Assembly (NCBI GenBank): GCA_963702425.1
Contig: CAVPCQ010000037.1
Span: forward strand, 1 to 64,000
From: an uncultured Acidobacteriota bacterium
GTDB taxonomy: Bacteria > Acidobacteriota > Polarisedimenticolia > J045
Reading direction: 5' to 3'
Length of the DNA stretch: 64,000 bases
The translations under genes were made by a program, and so were the position numbers. Each line of letters begins with the position of its first letter. Positions within the stretch are counted from its first letter, which is position 1. Shown here one piece after another: positions 54,790-64,000 of the stretch. The notes under the pieces were generated by a model. The model was given only the letters and a program-made list of their open reading frames with translations, did not search any database and was not told where the DNA came from.

Positions 54790-56117
54790 CCGTCACGTCG
54801 CTGCCGGACGCCGCTGAGGCGCTCCGCGAGAAGATCGCCAACAAGACCGCCCTGGTCGGCATCATCGGGCTCGGGTACGTCGGCCTTCCGCTGGCGGAGG
54901 TCTTCGCGCGCGCGGGGTTCCGCGTCCTCGGCTTCGACGTCGATGCCAGCAAGCCGAAAGCGATCAAGGCCGGCCGGAGCTACATCGGCGACGTGACGGA
55001 TGCGCAACTCAAGGCCCAGGTCGATGCCGGGCGGATCGAGGCCACGACCGAGTTCACGCGGCTCGGCGATTGCGACGCGATCCTGATCTGCGTCCCGACC
55101 CCGCTGCGCAAGACGCTCGACCCCGACATCTCCTACATCGAGGACTCGATCGAGCGGATCCGGCCCCACCTGCGGCCGGGCCAGCTCGTGATCCTGGAAT
55201 CGACGACCTATCCCGGAACCACCGACGAGGTGATCGTTCCCGCGCTCGAGAAGGGCGGCCTCGAGGCCGGCCGCGATTTCTTCGTCGCCTTCTCTCCCGA
55301 GCGCGTCGATCCGTCGAACCCGCAGTACAAGACCGACAACACGCCGAAGGTGGTCGGCGGCTACAGCCCGGCCTGCTGCGCCGTCAGCGAGGCGCTCTAC
55401 AAGGGCGCCCTGCCGAAGGTGCACGTCGTCTCCTCCGCCCAGGCGGCGGAGATGGTGAAGCTGCTCGAGAACACCTTCCGGCTGATCAACATCGGGCTGG
55501 TGAACGAGTTCGCGCTGATCTGCGACAAGCTCGGCCTCAACGTCTGGGAGATCATCGACGCCGCGGCCACCAAGCCCTTCGGCTTCATGCCCTTCTACCC
55601 CGGCCCGGGCCTCGGCGGCCACTGCATCCCGATCGACCCGCACTACCTGTCCTGGAAGCTGCGCTCGCTCAACTTCTTCACGCGCTTCATCGACCTTGCG
55701 GCCGAGATCAACCGCGGGATGCCGGCCTACGTCGTCAGCAAGCTCGGGCTCGTGCTGAACGAACAGGGCAAGGCGATCAAGGGGACGAAGGTTCTCGTGC
55801 TCGGCGTGACCTACAAGAAGGACACCGCCGATACGCGCGAATCGCCGGCGATGGACGTGATCGAGGTGCTCGAGGCCCGCGGCGCTCACGTCTCGTTCCA
55901 CGACCCGTACGTCAACGTGTACGAGGTCGGCGGGCAGAAGGTGCCGTACCTCCCGCTGACGCCGGAGACGCTCCGGTCCCAGGACGTCGTGCTGATCGTG
56001 ACCGACCACAGCTCGGTGGACTACGACGCGGTCGTGCGCGACGCGAAGCTGGTCTTCGACGCGCGCAACGCGACGAAGCGGGTCGCCGGGGAGCGCGGGA
56101 AGGTCGTCACCCTGTGA
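54786..56117 (+). CDS. UDP-N-acetylhexosamine 6-dehydrogenase (WbpA/WbpO-like)
   Basis: GLGYVGLP, ESTTYPGTT, KLLENTFR, GGHCIPIDP. Confidence 0.9.
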   Translation: MTVTSLPDAAEALREKIANKTALVGIIGLGYVGLPLAEVFARAGFRVLGFDVDASKPKAIKAGRSYIGDVTDAQLKAQVDAGRIEATTEFTRLGDCDAILICVPTPLRKTLDPDISYIEDSIERIRPHLRPGQLVILESTTYPGTTDEVIVPALEKGGLEAGRDFFVAFSPERVDPSNPQYKTDNTPKVVGGYSPACCAVSEALYKGALPKVHVVSSAQAAEMVKLLENTFRLINIGLVNEFALICDKLGLNVWEIIDAAATKPFGFMPFYPGPGLGGHCIPIDPHYLSWKLRSLNFFTRFIDLAAEINRGMPAYVVSKLGLVLNEQGKAIKGTKVLVLGVTYKKDTADTRESPAMDVIEVLEARGAHVSFHDPYVNVYEVGGQKVPYLPLTPETLRSQDVVLIVTDHSSVDYDAVVRDAKLVFDARNATKRVAGERGKVVTL

Positions 56118-57082
56118 GCGGCGGGCCCGGCGACGGGGCGGTACTCGTCACCGGGGCTGCCGGCTTCATCGGCTCCCACACGGTCGAACGCCTGCTGGCG
56201 CGCGGCGAGCGCGTCGTCGGGCTCGACAATCTCGATCCCTTCTACGACCCGGCGATCAAGCGCGCCAATCTTGCCGCGGCGTCGCGCGACCCGCGCTTCA
56301 CGCTGATCGAGGGGGACATCCGCGACGCCGCCCTGCTCGAGGCGCTGTTCGCGAGAGCGCCGGTGCGCGCCGTGATCCACCTCGCCGCCCGGGCGGGGGT
56401 GCGGCCGTCGGTCGAGGAGCCGGCGCTCTACGCCGACGTCAACGTCCGCGGGACGACGGTGGTTCTCGAGGCCGCCCGGCGAGCGGGGGTGCCGAAGGTC
56501 GTCTACGCGTCGTCGTCGTCGGTGTACGGCGGCAACACCAAGGTCCCCTTCTCGGAGGACGATCCGGTCGACCACCCGGTCTCGCCCTACGCCGCGACCA
56601 AGAAGGCCACCGAGCTGGTCGCCAGCGCCTTCCACCACCTCTACGGCATGGACACGATCGGCCTGCGCTTCTTCACGGTCTACGGGCCGCGGCAGCGGCC
56701 GGAGATGGCGATCGCCGCCTTTACCCGCTGGATCGACGAGGGCAGGCCGGTTCCGGTCTTCGGTGACGGCTCGGCGCTGCGCGACTACACCTACATCGAC
56801 GACGTGGTCGATGGGGTGATGGGCGCGCTCGACCGCGGCCGGGGGGACCGGGTCTACAACCTCGGCGAGTCCGAGACCACGAGCCTGATCGAACTGGTCC
56901 GGCGGATCGGGGAGGCGCTCGGCCGGGAACCGCGCATCGAGTTCCGTCCGGCGCAGCCCGGGGACGTGCCGACGACCTTCGCCGACATCACCCGCGCACG
57001 GCAGGAACTGGGGTACCATCCCACGGTGAAGGTGGCGGAGGGCATCCCCCGCTTCGTGGCCTGGTACCGTCGATCGGCCTGA
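56114..57082 (+). CDS. UDP-glucuronate 4-epimerase-like extended SDR
   Basis: TGAAGFIG, HLAARAGVR, YAATKK, FFTVYGPRQRP. Confidence 0.88.
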   Translation: MSGGPGDGAVLVTGAAGFIGSHTVERLLARGERVVGLDNLDPFYDPAIKRANLAAASRDPRFTLIEGDIRDAALLEALFARAPVRAVIHLAARAGVRPSVEEPALYADVNVRGTTVVLEAARRAGVPKVVYASSSSVYGGNTKVPFSEDDPVDHPVSPYAATKKATELVASAFHHLYGMDTIGLRFFTVYGPRQRPEMAIAAFTRWIDEGRPVPVFGDGSALRDYTYIDDVVDGVMGALDRGRGDRVYNLGESETTSLIELVRRIGEALGREPRIEFRPAQPGDVPTTFADITRARQELGYHPTVKVAEGIPRFVAWYRRSA

Positions 57083-57126
57083 AGAACCCGGCCCGCGCCC
57101 CCGGATCCCTGCCAGGAGGTTTGCCC

Positions 57127-58428
57127 GTGAATATCGCGGTCATCGGTACCGGTTACGTCGGCCTCGTCTCCGGAGCGTGCTTCGCCGAGTTCGGCACGCA
57201 CGTCACGTGCGTGGACAACGACGCGTCCAAGGTGGAGGCGCTCAAGCGCGGCGAGATCCCGATCTACGAGCCGGGCCTCGACCAGCTGGTGACGCGCAAC
57301 GTCGCCGCCGGGCGGCTCAACTTCACGACTGACCTCGGCGCCGCGGTGAAGGAGAACCTGGCGCTGTTCATCTGCGTCGGCACGCCGCAGGATCCGCACG
57401 GCCGTGCCGACCTGTCGTCCGTGATGGCCGTGGCGAAATCGATCGCCGAGCAGATGGACGGGTACAAGGTGATCGTCGTCAAGTCGACCGTGCCGGTCGG
57501 TACGGGCGACCGGGTCGAGGCGCTGGTCCGCGAGCTCACGAAGGGGAAGATCCCGTTCTCGGTCGCCAGCAACCCCGAGTTCCTGCGCGAAGGGGCGGCG
57601 ATCGAGGACTTCATGCGCCCCAACCGGGTCGTCATCGGCACCGAGGACGAGCAGGCGCGCGCGATCCTGGTCGACCTCTACCGCCCGCTCTACCTGATCG
57701 AGACGCCCATCCTCGCCACGCGGCGCCGGGCCTCGGAGCTGATCAAGTACGCCTCGAACGCTTTTCTCGCGGTCAAGGTTTCGTACATCAACGAGATGGC
57801 CGACCTCTGCGAGAAGGCCGGGGTGGACGTGCACGAGGTGGCGCGAGGGATGGGGCTCGACAACCGGATCGGCGGGAAGTTCCTGCACCCCGGGCCGGGC
57901 TACGGCGGCTCCTGCTTCCCCAAGGACACGCGCGCGATCCTCGCCACGGCCGAGGAGTTCGGAGCCCGTTTGGAGATCATCGCGGCCGCGGTCGCGGTCA
58001 ACGATCTCCGGCCCGGCCGGATGGTCGAGAAGGTCCGGGTGGCGCTGGGTGGCGACGTGTCGGGGAAGACGATCGCGCTGCTTGGCCTGGCCTTCAAGCC
58101 CAACACCGACGACGTGCGCGAGTCGCCGGCGATCGAGATCGCGAATGGCCTGATCGCGGCCGGGGCGAAGGTCCGGGCCTACGACCCGGAAGCGATGGAG
58201 ACCGGCCAGTCCGGCGGGTTTGCCGGGGAAACCTGTCCCGACGAGTACGCCGCGTGCCAGGGGGCCGACGCGCTGGTCCTCGCCACCGAGTGGAACCAGT
58301 TCCGCAACCTCGACCTCGGACGGATCAAGGGCCTCTTGAGATCGCCGACGGTCGTGGATCTGCGCAACGTCTACAAGCCGGCCGACATGAAGAAGCTCGG
58401 CTTCGTTTACAGCGCGGTCGGCCGCTGA
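57127..58428 (+). CDS. ugd: UDP-glucose 6-dehydrogenase
   Basis: IGTGYVG, NPEFLREG, GYGGSCFPKD, LAFKPNTDD. AGGAGG RBS; start at 57121 or 57127. Confidence 0.92.
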   Translation: MNIAVIGTGYVGLVSGACFAEFGTHVTCVDNDASKVEALKRGEIPIYEPGLDQLVTRNVAAGRLNFTTDLGAAVKENLALFICVGTPQDPHGRADLSSVMAVAKSIAEQMDGYKVIVVKSTVPVGTGDRVEALVRELTKGKIPFSVASNPEFLREGAAIEDFMRPNRVVIGTEDEQARAILVDLYRPLYLIETPILATRRRASELIKYASNAFLAVKVSYINEMADLCEKAGVDVHEVARGMGLDNRIGGKFLHPGPGYGGSCFPKDTRAILATAEEFGARLEIIAAAVAVNDLRPGRMVEKVRVALGGDVSGKTIALLGLAFKPNTDDVRESPAIEIANGLIAAGAKVRAYDPEAMETGQSGGFAGETCPDEYAACQGADALVLATEWNQFRNLDLGRIKGLLRSPTVVDLRNVYKPADMKKLGFVYSAVGR

Positions 58429-58440
58429 GCGGAGGATCTC

Positions 58441-59403
58441 TTGCGCGTTCTCGTCACCGGAGGGGGAGGGTTCATCGGGAGCAATCTCGTCGAGGCGCTG
58501 CTGCGCCGCGGCGACGACGTGCTCGTACTCGACAATTTCGCGACCGGCCGGCGGCAGAACCTCGCGCGCGCCGGCGACTGGGCAAACGCCGGCGGGGGAC
58601 GGTTCGAGCTGGTCGAGGGGGACATCCGCGACGAGGCCACCGTCCGGCGCGTGACGGCGGGGCGCGACGTCGTGCTGCACCAGGCCGCGATCCCGTCGGT
58701 CGCGCGCTCGGTCGCGGACCCGATGACCTCGCACACGGTCAACGTCGACGGGACGCTGACGCTGCTCCTGGCCGCCCGCGACGCGGGCGTCAAGCGCTTC
58801 GTCATGGCCTCGTCATCGTCGCTCTACGGCGAGTCACCGAGCCTCCCGAAGATCGAGACGATGCCCTCCGACCCGATCTCTCCCTACGGGCTCGACAAGC
58901 TCGCCGGCGAGTCATACTGCCGGCTGTTCACCCGCCTGTATGGGCTGCCGACCGTCGCGCTGCGCTACTTCAACGTCTTCGGACCGCGGCAGGACCCGGC
59001 GTCGGATTACGCGGCGGTGATTCCGCGTTTCGCGACGGCGATCCTGTCCGGGAAGGCGCCGACGATCTACGGCGACGGCCAGCAGACGCGCGACTTCACG
59101 TACATCGCCAACGTGGTCGAGGCCAACCTCAAGTCGGCCGAGGCCGGGCCGGAGGCGTGCGGCGAGGCCTACAACATTGCGTGCGGCGACCGGATCTCGC
59201 TGCTCGACCTCGTCGCCACGATCAACCGGCTGACCGGCGGGACGGTCCGTGCCCTCCACGCCGAGCGTCGCGCGGGCGACATCCAGCACTCGCTGGCCGA
59301 GATCGGCAAGGCCCGCCGACTGCTCGGCTACGAGCCGCGCGTCGGCCTCGAGGAGGGGCTGACCCGCACGATCGCACACCTCCGCGCTCCGGATGGGGCG
59401 TGA
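58441..59403 (+). CDS. NAD-dependent UDP-HexNAc 4-epimerase (WbpP-like SDR)
   Basis: TGGGGFIG, HQAAIPSV, YGLDK, RYFNVFGPRQD. Confidence 0.88.
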   Translation: MRVLVTGGGGFIGSNLVEALLRRGDDVLVLDNFATGRRQNLARAGDWANAGGGRFELVEGDIRDEATVRRVTAGRDVVLHQAAIPSVARSVADPMTSHTVNVDGTLTLLLAARDAGVKRFVMASSSSLYGESPSLPKIETMPSDPISPYGLDKLAGESYCRLFTRLYGLPTVALRYFNVFGPRQDPASDYAAVIPRFATAILSGKAPTIYGDGQQTRDFTYIANVVEANLKSAEAGPEACGEAYNIACGDRISLLDLVATINRLTGGTVRALHAERRAGDIQHSLAEIGKARRLLGYEPRVGLEEGLTRTIAHLRAPDGA

Positions 59404-59407
59404 GCGC

Positions 59408-60481
59408 GTGACGCGCGGTCCCGACCGCGCGGTGATCATCGCGGGGGGCGGGGGCACCCGCCTCTGGCCGTGGACCGGGCCCGGGCTTCCCAAGCCGCTG
59501 CTGCCGCTCGGTGGCGCCGGGCGGACGCTGCTCGCGGCGGCGCTCGACCGGCTCGACGGGCTGGTTCCGCCGGCCGCGGTCGCGCTCCAGGCTCCCGCCG
59601 CGCTCGGTGCGCGCCTCGCCGCAGCCGAGCCGCGACTGGCGCCGGCCCAGGTGCTCGACGAACCGAGCGCGCGCGATACCGGGCCGGCGATCGCGCTCGC
59701 GATGCGCCGGCAGCTCCTCGCCGGGCCGGAGGCGGTCGTGGCGGTCCTCCCCGCCGACCAGCGGGTCGCCGACGGTGCGGTCTTCCGCGCCGCGCTCGCG
59801 GCGGCGACGGAGGTCGCGCGCGAGTGCCGGCTCGTCACGCTCGGTGTGGTCCCCGACCACGCGAGCACACGCTTCGGCTACGTCGAAGCCGGCGCCCCGC
59901 TCGGCGACGGCCCCGCGCGCGAGGTGGTGCGCTTCGTCGAGAAGCCGGACCGCGGGACGGCGGAGCGCTTCCTCGCGGCCGGGTGCCACCTCTGGAACGC
60001 CGGGATCTTCGTCTGGCGCGCCGACGCCTTCTGGAGCGCGCTCGAGCGGGCTGCCCCCGGGCTGGCCGGCGCAGTGGCCCGGTTCGTGGAGGGGGACGCC
60101 GCGGCGTGGGACGCCGCGCCGCGCACCTCGATCGACTACGCCCTGATGGAGCGCACCGACGACGTCGCGGTCGTGCCGCTCGACGCCGGCTGGGACGACG
60201 TCGGCGGCTGGGACGCCGTGGTCCGGCTCGCGCGTGCGGGGGATGCCGGCCCGGCGCGCCTCGTGCCGTCCGCCGGCGAGGCTCCGGACGGCTCACTCGT
60301 GCTCGAAATCGGCCCGTCGCGCGTGCCGCGCGCCGTGGTGCTCGGAACCGTTCCCCTGCTCGTGGTGTACGGCCCGGAGGGGCTGCTGGTCGCGCCGCGG
60401 GACGCCGTCGACCGCGTGAAGGCCTTCGCCGACGCCCCCCCGGGGGACGGTGGCGCGTCGCGCCCGGCGGGGGCCCGGTGA
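59408..60481 (+). CDS. manC: Mannose-1-phosphate guanylyltransferase
   Basis: AGGGGTRLWP..PK, FVEKP, WNAGIF, SIDYALME, WDDVG. Confidence 0.85.
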   Translation: MTRGPDRAVIIAGGGGTRLWPWTGPGLPKPLLPLGGAGRTLLAAALDRLDGLVPPAAVALQAPAALGARLAAAEPRLAPAQVLDEPSARDTGPAIALAMRRQLLAGPEAVVAVLPADQRVADGAVFRAALAAATEVARECRLVTLGVVPDHASTRFGYVEAGAPLGDGPAREVVRFVEKPDRGTAERFLAAGCHLWNAGIFVWRADAFWSALERAAPGLAGAVARFVEGDAAAWDAAPRTSIDYALMERTDDVAVVPLDAGWDDVGGWDAVVRLARAGDAGPARLVPSAGEAPDGSLVLEIGPSRVPRAVVLGTVPLLVVYGPEGLLVAPRDAVDRVKAFADAPPGDGGASRPAGAR

Positions 60482-61659
60482 CGGCCGGCAGCCTGCTCGC
60501 CGCGTTGGCGTTCGCCCTGCTGGGGCTCGCCGTCTACTCGTATGTCGGCTACCCGCTCGCGGCGCGCTTTCTCGTTCCGCGCCTCCCGCCCCCTCCCGGC
60601 CTGCCCGGCGACCGCCCGGAGGACGACGCGCTACCGACCGTCAGCGTGCTGGTCGCGGCGCGCAACGAGGCCCCGGTGATCGGCGCGCGGCTCAGCAACC
60701 TGCTCGCGCAGGACTACCCGGCGGGCCGGCTCGAGATCCTGGTGGCCTCGGACGCCAGCGACGACGGCACGGACGAGATCGTGCGCGCCACCGGCGACCC
60801 CCGGATTCGGCTGTGGCGGCAGGAACCTCGCGCCGGCAAGACCGCCGCGATCAACCACCTTGGCACGCTGGCGACGGGCGAGATCCTGGTCCAGACCGAC
60901 GCCGACGTGACCTTCGCGCCGGGCGCGCTGCGCGCGCTCGCGGGTGCGTTCGACGACCCGCGCGTCGGCATCGCCGACGGGACGGTGCGCTTCAGCAACG
61001 CCGAGTCGCCGGAAGTCGCCGGGGGCGAGGGCCTCTACTGGCGGTTCGAGAACTGGACCAAGGAGGTCGAGTCCGCGCGCGGCCTGCTGTGCGTCGCGAA
61101 CGGCGGGATCTACGCGCTGCGCCGCGCGCTCTGGCGTCCGCTGCCGGTCAACGTCGCCGGTGATGCCGCCGAGCCGCTGCTCGCCGCGCGCGAGGGACGC
61201 CTCACCGTCGTCGCGCCCGGGGCACGGGCGCAGGTCCGCGCCGCCGGCACGCTTGGCGAGGAGTTCCAGCGCAAGGTCCGGATCATCGCGCAGCAGGTGA
61301 ACTGTGCGCGCTGGATCGAGCTCACGGCGCTGCCGCCGCGCACCCTGTGGGCCTACGTCTCACACAAGCTGCTGCGCTACACGGTGCCGGTGCTGGCGCT
61401 CCTGGCGCTGGTCGCTGGCGCCGGCGCGACGGCCCTCGGGGCGCGGGCCGGCCTGGCCGCCGTCGCGGCAGTCCTCCTGCCGCTCGCCGCCGCGCCGCTC
61501 GGCTTCCTCTCCCGGCCGCGCGCGCTCGCGCGGCTCTTCCGCGTGCCGCTCTATCTCGTGATGATCAACGCCGCCGCGGCCGCCGGCCTGGCCCGCGGGC
61601 TGTCGGGTCGGGCCGCGGCGAGCTGGGAGGTCCCGGCGAGCACTCGGCGGGGCCCGTAA
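60478..61659 (+). CDS. Membrane-bound GT2 glycosyltransferase
   Basis: AARNE, SDASDD, GKTAAIN, TDAD, RKVRI, HKLLR; flanking TM helices. Confidence 0.88.
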   Translation: MTAGSLLAALAFALLGLAVYSYVGYPLAARFLVPRLPPPPGLPGDRPEDDALPTVSVLVAARNEAPVIGARLSNLLAQDYPAGRLEILVASDASDDGTDEIVRATGDPRIRLWRQEPRAGKTAAINHLGTLATGEILVQTDADVTFAPGALRALAGAFDDPRVGIADGTVRFSNAESPEVAGGEGLYWRFENWTKEVESARGLLCVANGGIYALRRALWRPLPVNVAGDAAEPLLAAREGRLTVVAPGARAQVRAAGTLGEEFQRKVRIIAQQVNCARWIELTALPPRTLWAYVSHKLLRYTVPVLALLALVAGAGATALGARAGLAAVAAVLLPLAAAPLGFLSRPRALARLFRVPLYLVMINAAAAAGLARGLSGRAAASWEVPASTRRGP

Positions 61660-61739
61660 GCGCGTTTTCGTCTCGACGGGCCGGGCGGCCGAGAGGATCC
61701 GGGGGCGCCGGCCGCCGGACTCCGCGATAATCGCGGCCC

Positions 61740-62828
61740 ATGGCGCTCTCCACCCCTTCGGCGGCGACGCTTCGCCAGCTCGCGGCGCTGATCCATCCCG
61801 CCGGCGCGACCGCGCTCGCGGCCAACGGGCTCCGCGCCAAGGAGCTGGTCCACGCCGCGCGCGAGCACCGCGTCGCAGCCCTGCTCGCGCGCGCCCTCGA
61901 ATCAAGCGGGAATCTGGCGGGACTGGATGAAGCGGCGCGTACCGCGCTGCGCCGCGTGCTGCTCGACCAGCAGCAGGAGCGGGCGCAGCTCGACGCGCTC
62001 GCCGTCGCGGCGGCCGGTGCGCTCGACGCGGCCGGGATCCGGTTCGTGGCACTGAAGGGTGCGGCGCTCGGTGCCGCGCTCTACGCCGCACCGGCGCTGC
62101 GGCCGATGACCGACGTCGACCTGCTCGTCACGCCGGCCGACAAGGAGCGCTCGCTCGCTGCCTTGACGGCTGCCGGCTTCCAGCGGCCCTCCGCCGAACT
62201 CGAGGCCTTCTGGGCCGAGGCGTTCTACAACCTCCCGCTCGATCCGCCGGCCGGGCAGGCGGGAAAGCTCGAGCTGCACTGGTCGATCGCGCAGGAGGGG
62301 CGCCACGCGCCCGACGTCGAGGGGATCGTGGCGCGGGCCCGCGTGGTCGACGCCGCCGGCTGCCGGTTGCCGATCCTGGCCCCCGTCGATCTCCTGCTCC
62401 ACCAGTCGCTCCACCTCGCGTACCACTATTTCGAGCCGAAGCTGGTCTGGCTCCACGACCTGGCGCTGATCCACCGCGACCCGCCCGACGCCGCCGAAAC
62501 GATCGCCCGCGCCGACGCCTGGGGGATGCGGCTGCCGCTCGCGCTCGCGGCGGCACAGGTGGAGCGGGTCTTCCCCGGGACCGTCTCGTCGCCCTTCCGT
62601 GCGTTGCTCGATGCGAGCCCGCGCGCGCGCCTGCTCCTGGCGTGGGCCGGCGCCGGCGACGACGCGCCGCTGGCGCTGCTCGCGCACTGGGACGACCGGC
62701 GGCGGCAACTGCTCTACGCGTTCGCGACGCTCGACCGTCCGTCGCAGATGGCGCGCGCGCTGGCCTCATGGGCGCGTCGCGCCGTGCGGCACGGCGACGC
62801 CGCCGGGCGGCGGAAGCTCCCGTGCTAG
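61740..62828 (+). CDS. Nucleotidyltransferase family protein (NTP_transf_5-like)
   Basis: LKGAAL..LY...RPMTDVDLLV, ELHW, WLHDL. Confidence 0.82.
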   Translation: MALSTPSAATLRQLAALIHPAGATALAANGLRAKELVHAAREHRVAALLARALESSGNLAGLDEAARTALRRVLLDQQQERAQLDALAVAAAGALDAAGIRFVALKGAALGAALYAAPALRPMTDVDLLVTPADKERSLAALTAAGFQRPSAELEAFWAEAFYNLPLDPPAGQAGKLELHWSIAQEGRHAPDVEGIVARARVVDAAGCRLPILAPVDLLLHQSLHLAYHYFEPKLVWLHDLALIHRDPPDAAETIARADAWGMRLPLALAAAQVERVFPGTVSSPFRALLDASPRARLLLAWAGAGDDAPLALLAHWDDRRRQLLYAFATLDRPSQMARALASWARRAVRHGDAAGRRKLPC

Positions 62829-62941
62829 GATTCCCAGCCGGCACCGTCCGCGGCGACGCCGGCGCGGGCGGGATGCGGGCAGGGACGGGTTCGGTGGTGG
62901 TCGACGGGGCCTCCGGGGCGGGCGAGCGGGACGCGCACTCG

Positions 62942-63631
62942 ATGCGCGACGCGCTGTACGGGCGCGTCTTCCCCCCGCTCGCCGCGACGCTGATCCGCGG
63001 CCTGCGCTCGACCTGGACCGTGCGCGCCCACGGGCGCGAGGCGCTCGAGCGCTTCGCCGCGGACAACCAGCGCTACGTCCACGTCTTCTGGCACGCCCAC
63101 ATCCTGTTCGGGATCTACAGCTACGTCGGCCCGAAGATCGTGGTGATGATCAGCCGTCACCGCGACGGCGAGCTGATCGCGAAGACGGTCGAGCGCTTCG
63201 GCTACCTCGCCGCACGCGGCTCGACGACCGAGGGCGGCAGCACCGCCTTCCGCGAGCTGGTCCACGCCGTCCGCTCGGGAATGGACATCTGCTTCACTCC
63301 CGACGGGCCGCGCGGCCCGGCGCGCAGGGTCCAGCCCGGGACGATCGCTGCGGCGCGCGCGCTCGGGATCCCGATCGTGCCGGTCGTCGGGGGCGCCGAC
63401 CGCGCCTGGCGCCTGAACTCGTGGGACCGGTTCGTCGTCCCCAAGCCGGGGGCCCGCGTGCTGCTGGCCTGCGGCGAGCCACTCGTCGTTTCCCGCGGCG
63501 ACAGCCTCGAAGAGGGCGCGGCCCGGCTCGAGCGCGCGATGGAGGCGCTCGGCGCCTTCGCCGACGAGCACGCGGCCGACCTTTCGGTGGGGAAGCCCGT
63601 CGGCCGGCTCGCGGGAGGGCACGTCCGGTGA
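62942..63631 (+). CDS. DUF374 lysophospholipid-acyltransferase-family protein
   Basis: FWH, ISRHRDGE, RGS, TPDGPRGP, SWDRF. The start could be 62873. Confidence 0.85.
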   Translation: MRDALYGRVFPPLAATLIRGLRSTWTVRAHGREALERFAADNQRYVHVFWHAHILFGIYSYVGPKIVVMISRHRDGELIAKTVERFGYLAARGSTTEGGSTAFRELVHAVRSGMDICFTPDGPRGPARRVQPGTIAAARALGIPIVPVVGGADRAWRLNSWDRFVVPKPGARVLLACGEPLVVSRGDSLEEGAARLERAMEALGAFADEHAADLSVGKPVGRLAGGHVR

Positions 63632-64000
63632 GCGCCGCCGCCCCGCGCCGCGTCCTGGTCGTGACCGGCGAGGCCTCGGGCGACGCGCACGCCGCCGGGC
63701 TGGTCCGCGAGGCGAAGCGGCTCGACCCAGCGCTCGACTTCGAGGGGATGGGCGGACCGGAACTGCGGGACGAGGGGGTGCGCATCCTCTTCGACGCGGC
63801 CGACGTGTCGGTCGTCGGGATCACCGAGGTCTTCGAGCAGATCGGCCCGATCTGGCGCCGGCTGCGCGATCTCAAGCAGCACCTCGCCGCGGCGCGTCCC
63901 GATGCGCTCCTGCTCGTCGATTTCCCGGACTTCAACCTGCGGCTCGCGACCGAGGCGCGGAAGCTCGGCATTCCCGTGGTCTACTTCATCAGTCCGAGCG
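63628..64000 (+). CDS. lpxB: Lipid-A-disaccharide synthase (partial, runs off the right edge)
   Basis: GTGA overlap; VVTGEASGDAH, GMGG, VDFPDFNLRLA..., YFISP. Not in the ORF track because it has no stop in the window. Confidence 0.93.
   Translation, partial: MSAAAPRRVLVVTGEASGDAHAAGLVREAKRLDPALDFEGMGGPELRDEGVRILFDAADVSVVGITEVFEQIGPIWRRLRDLKQHLAAARPDALLLVDFPDFNLRLATEARKLGIPVVYFISPS

Noticed and set aside
61740-62828. Possible lasso-peptide/RiPP-associated nucleotidyltransferase
   Set aside because: No precursor peptide, PqqD/RRE, B or C genes nearby; the context is cell envelope.

Overview
High-GC chromosomal segment from a diderm bacterium (lpxB, mlaEFD and beta-barrel OMPs are present; an Acidobacteriota- or Myxococcota-like origin is inference only). 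I see no rRNA, tRNA or CRISPR array. Contents from left to right: (1) 1-3.1 kb, a mobile-element scar with a frameshifted rve/DDE transposase, a DUF6036-like nucleotidyltransferase plus C-terminal-HTH gene pair behind a perfect operator palindrome, and an IS110 remnant; (2) ggt, a transglutaminase-like gene, and a PLP aminotransferase coupled to a glutamate--cysteine-ligase-like/M20 amidohydrolase fusion; (3) sdhA-C-D-B; (4) an accessory patch with two internally deleted genes; (5) groESL with a CIRCE element, divergent from a single-module Clp-type AAA+ ATPase (unusual N-domain, IGF loop) coupled to an EExxH protein; (6) sulfatase, DUF1611/epimerase, grpE, degP, hsp20 and ferredoxin; (7) a degenerate dGTPase, rpiB, dinG/yoaA, a coiled-coil NYN nuclease, acpS and an MMPL transporter; (8) a multiheme cytochrome region with about 41 heme motifs in 4 genes, including two CbcL-like c/b fusions; (9) plsC, mlaEFD, nucleotide-sugar and glycosyltransferase genes, and partial lpxB. 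Several single-base frameshifts, including one in grpE, suggest long-read indel errors. The best candidates for undescribed systems are the Clp-D2 ATPase plus EExxH partner, the ligase-M20 fusion operon, and the NTase/HTH toxin-antitoxin-like module. All family calls come from motif recognition by eye; no searches were run.
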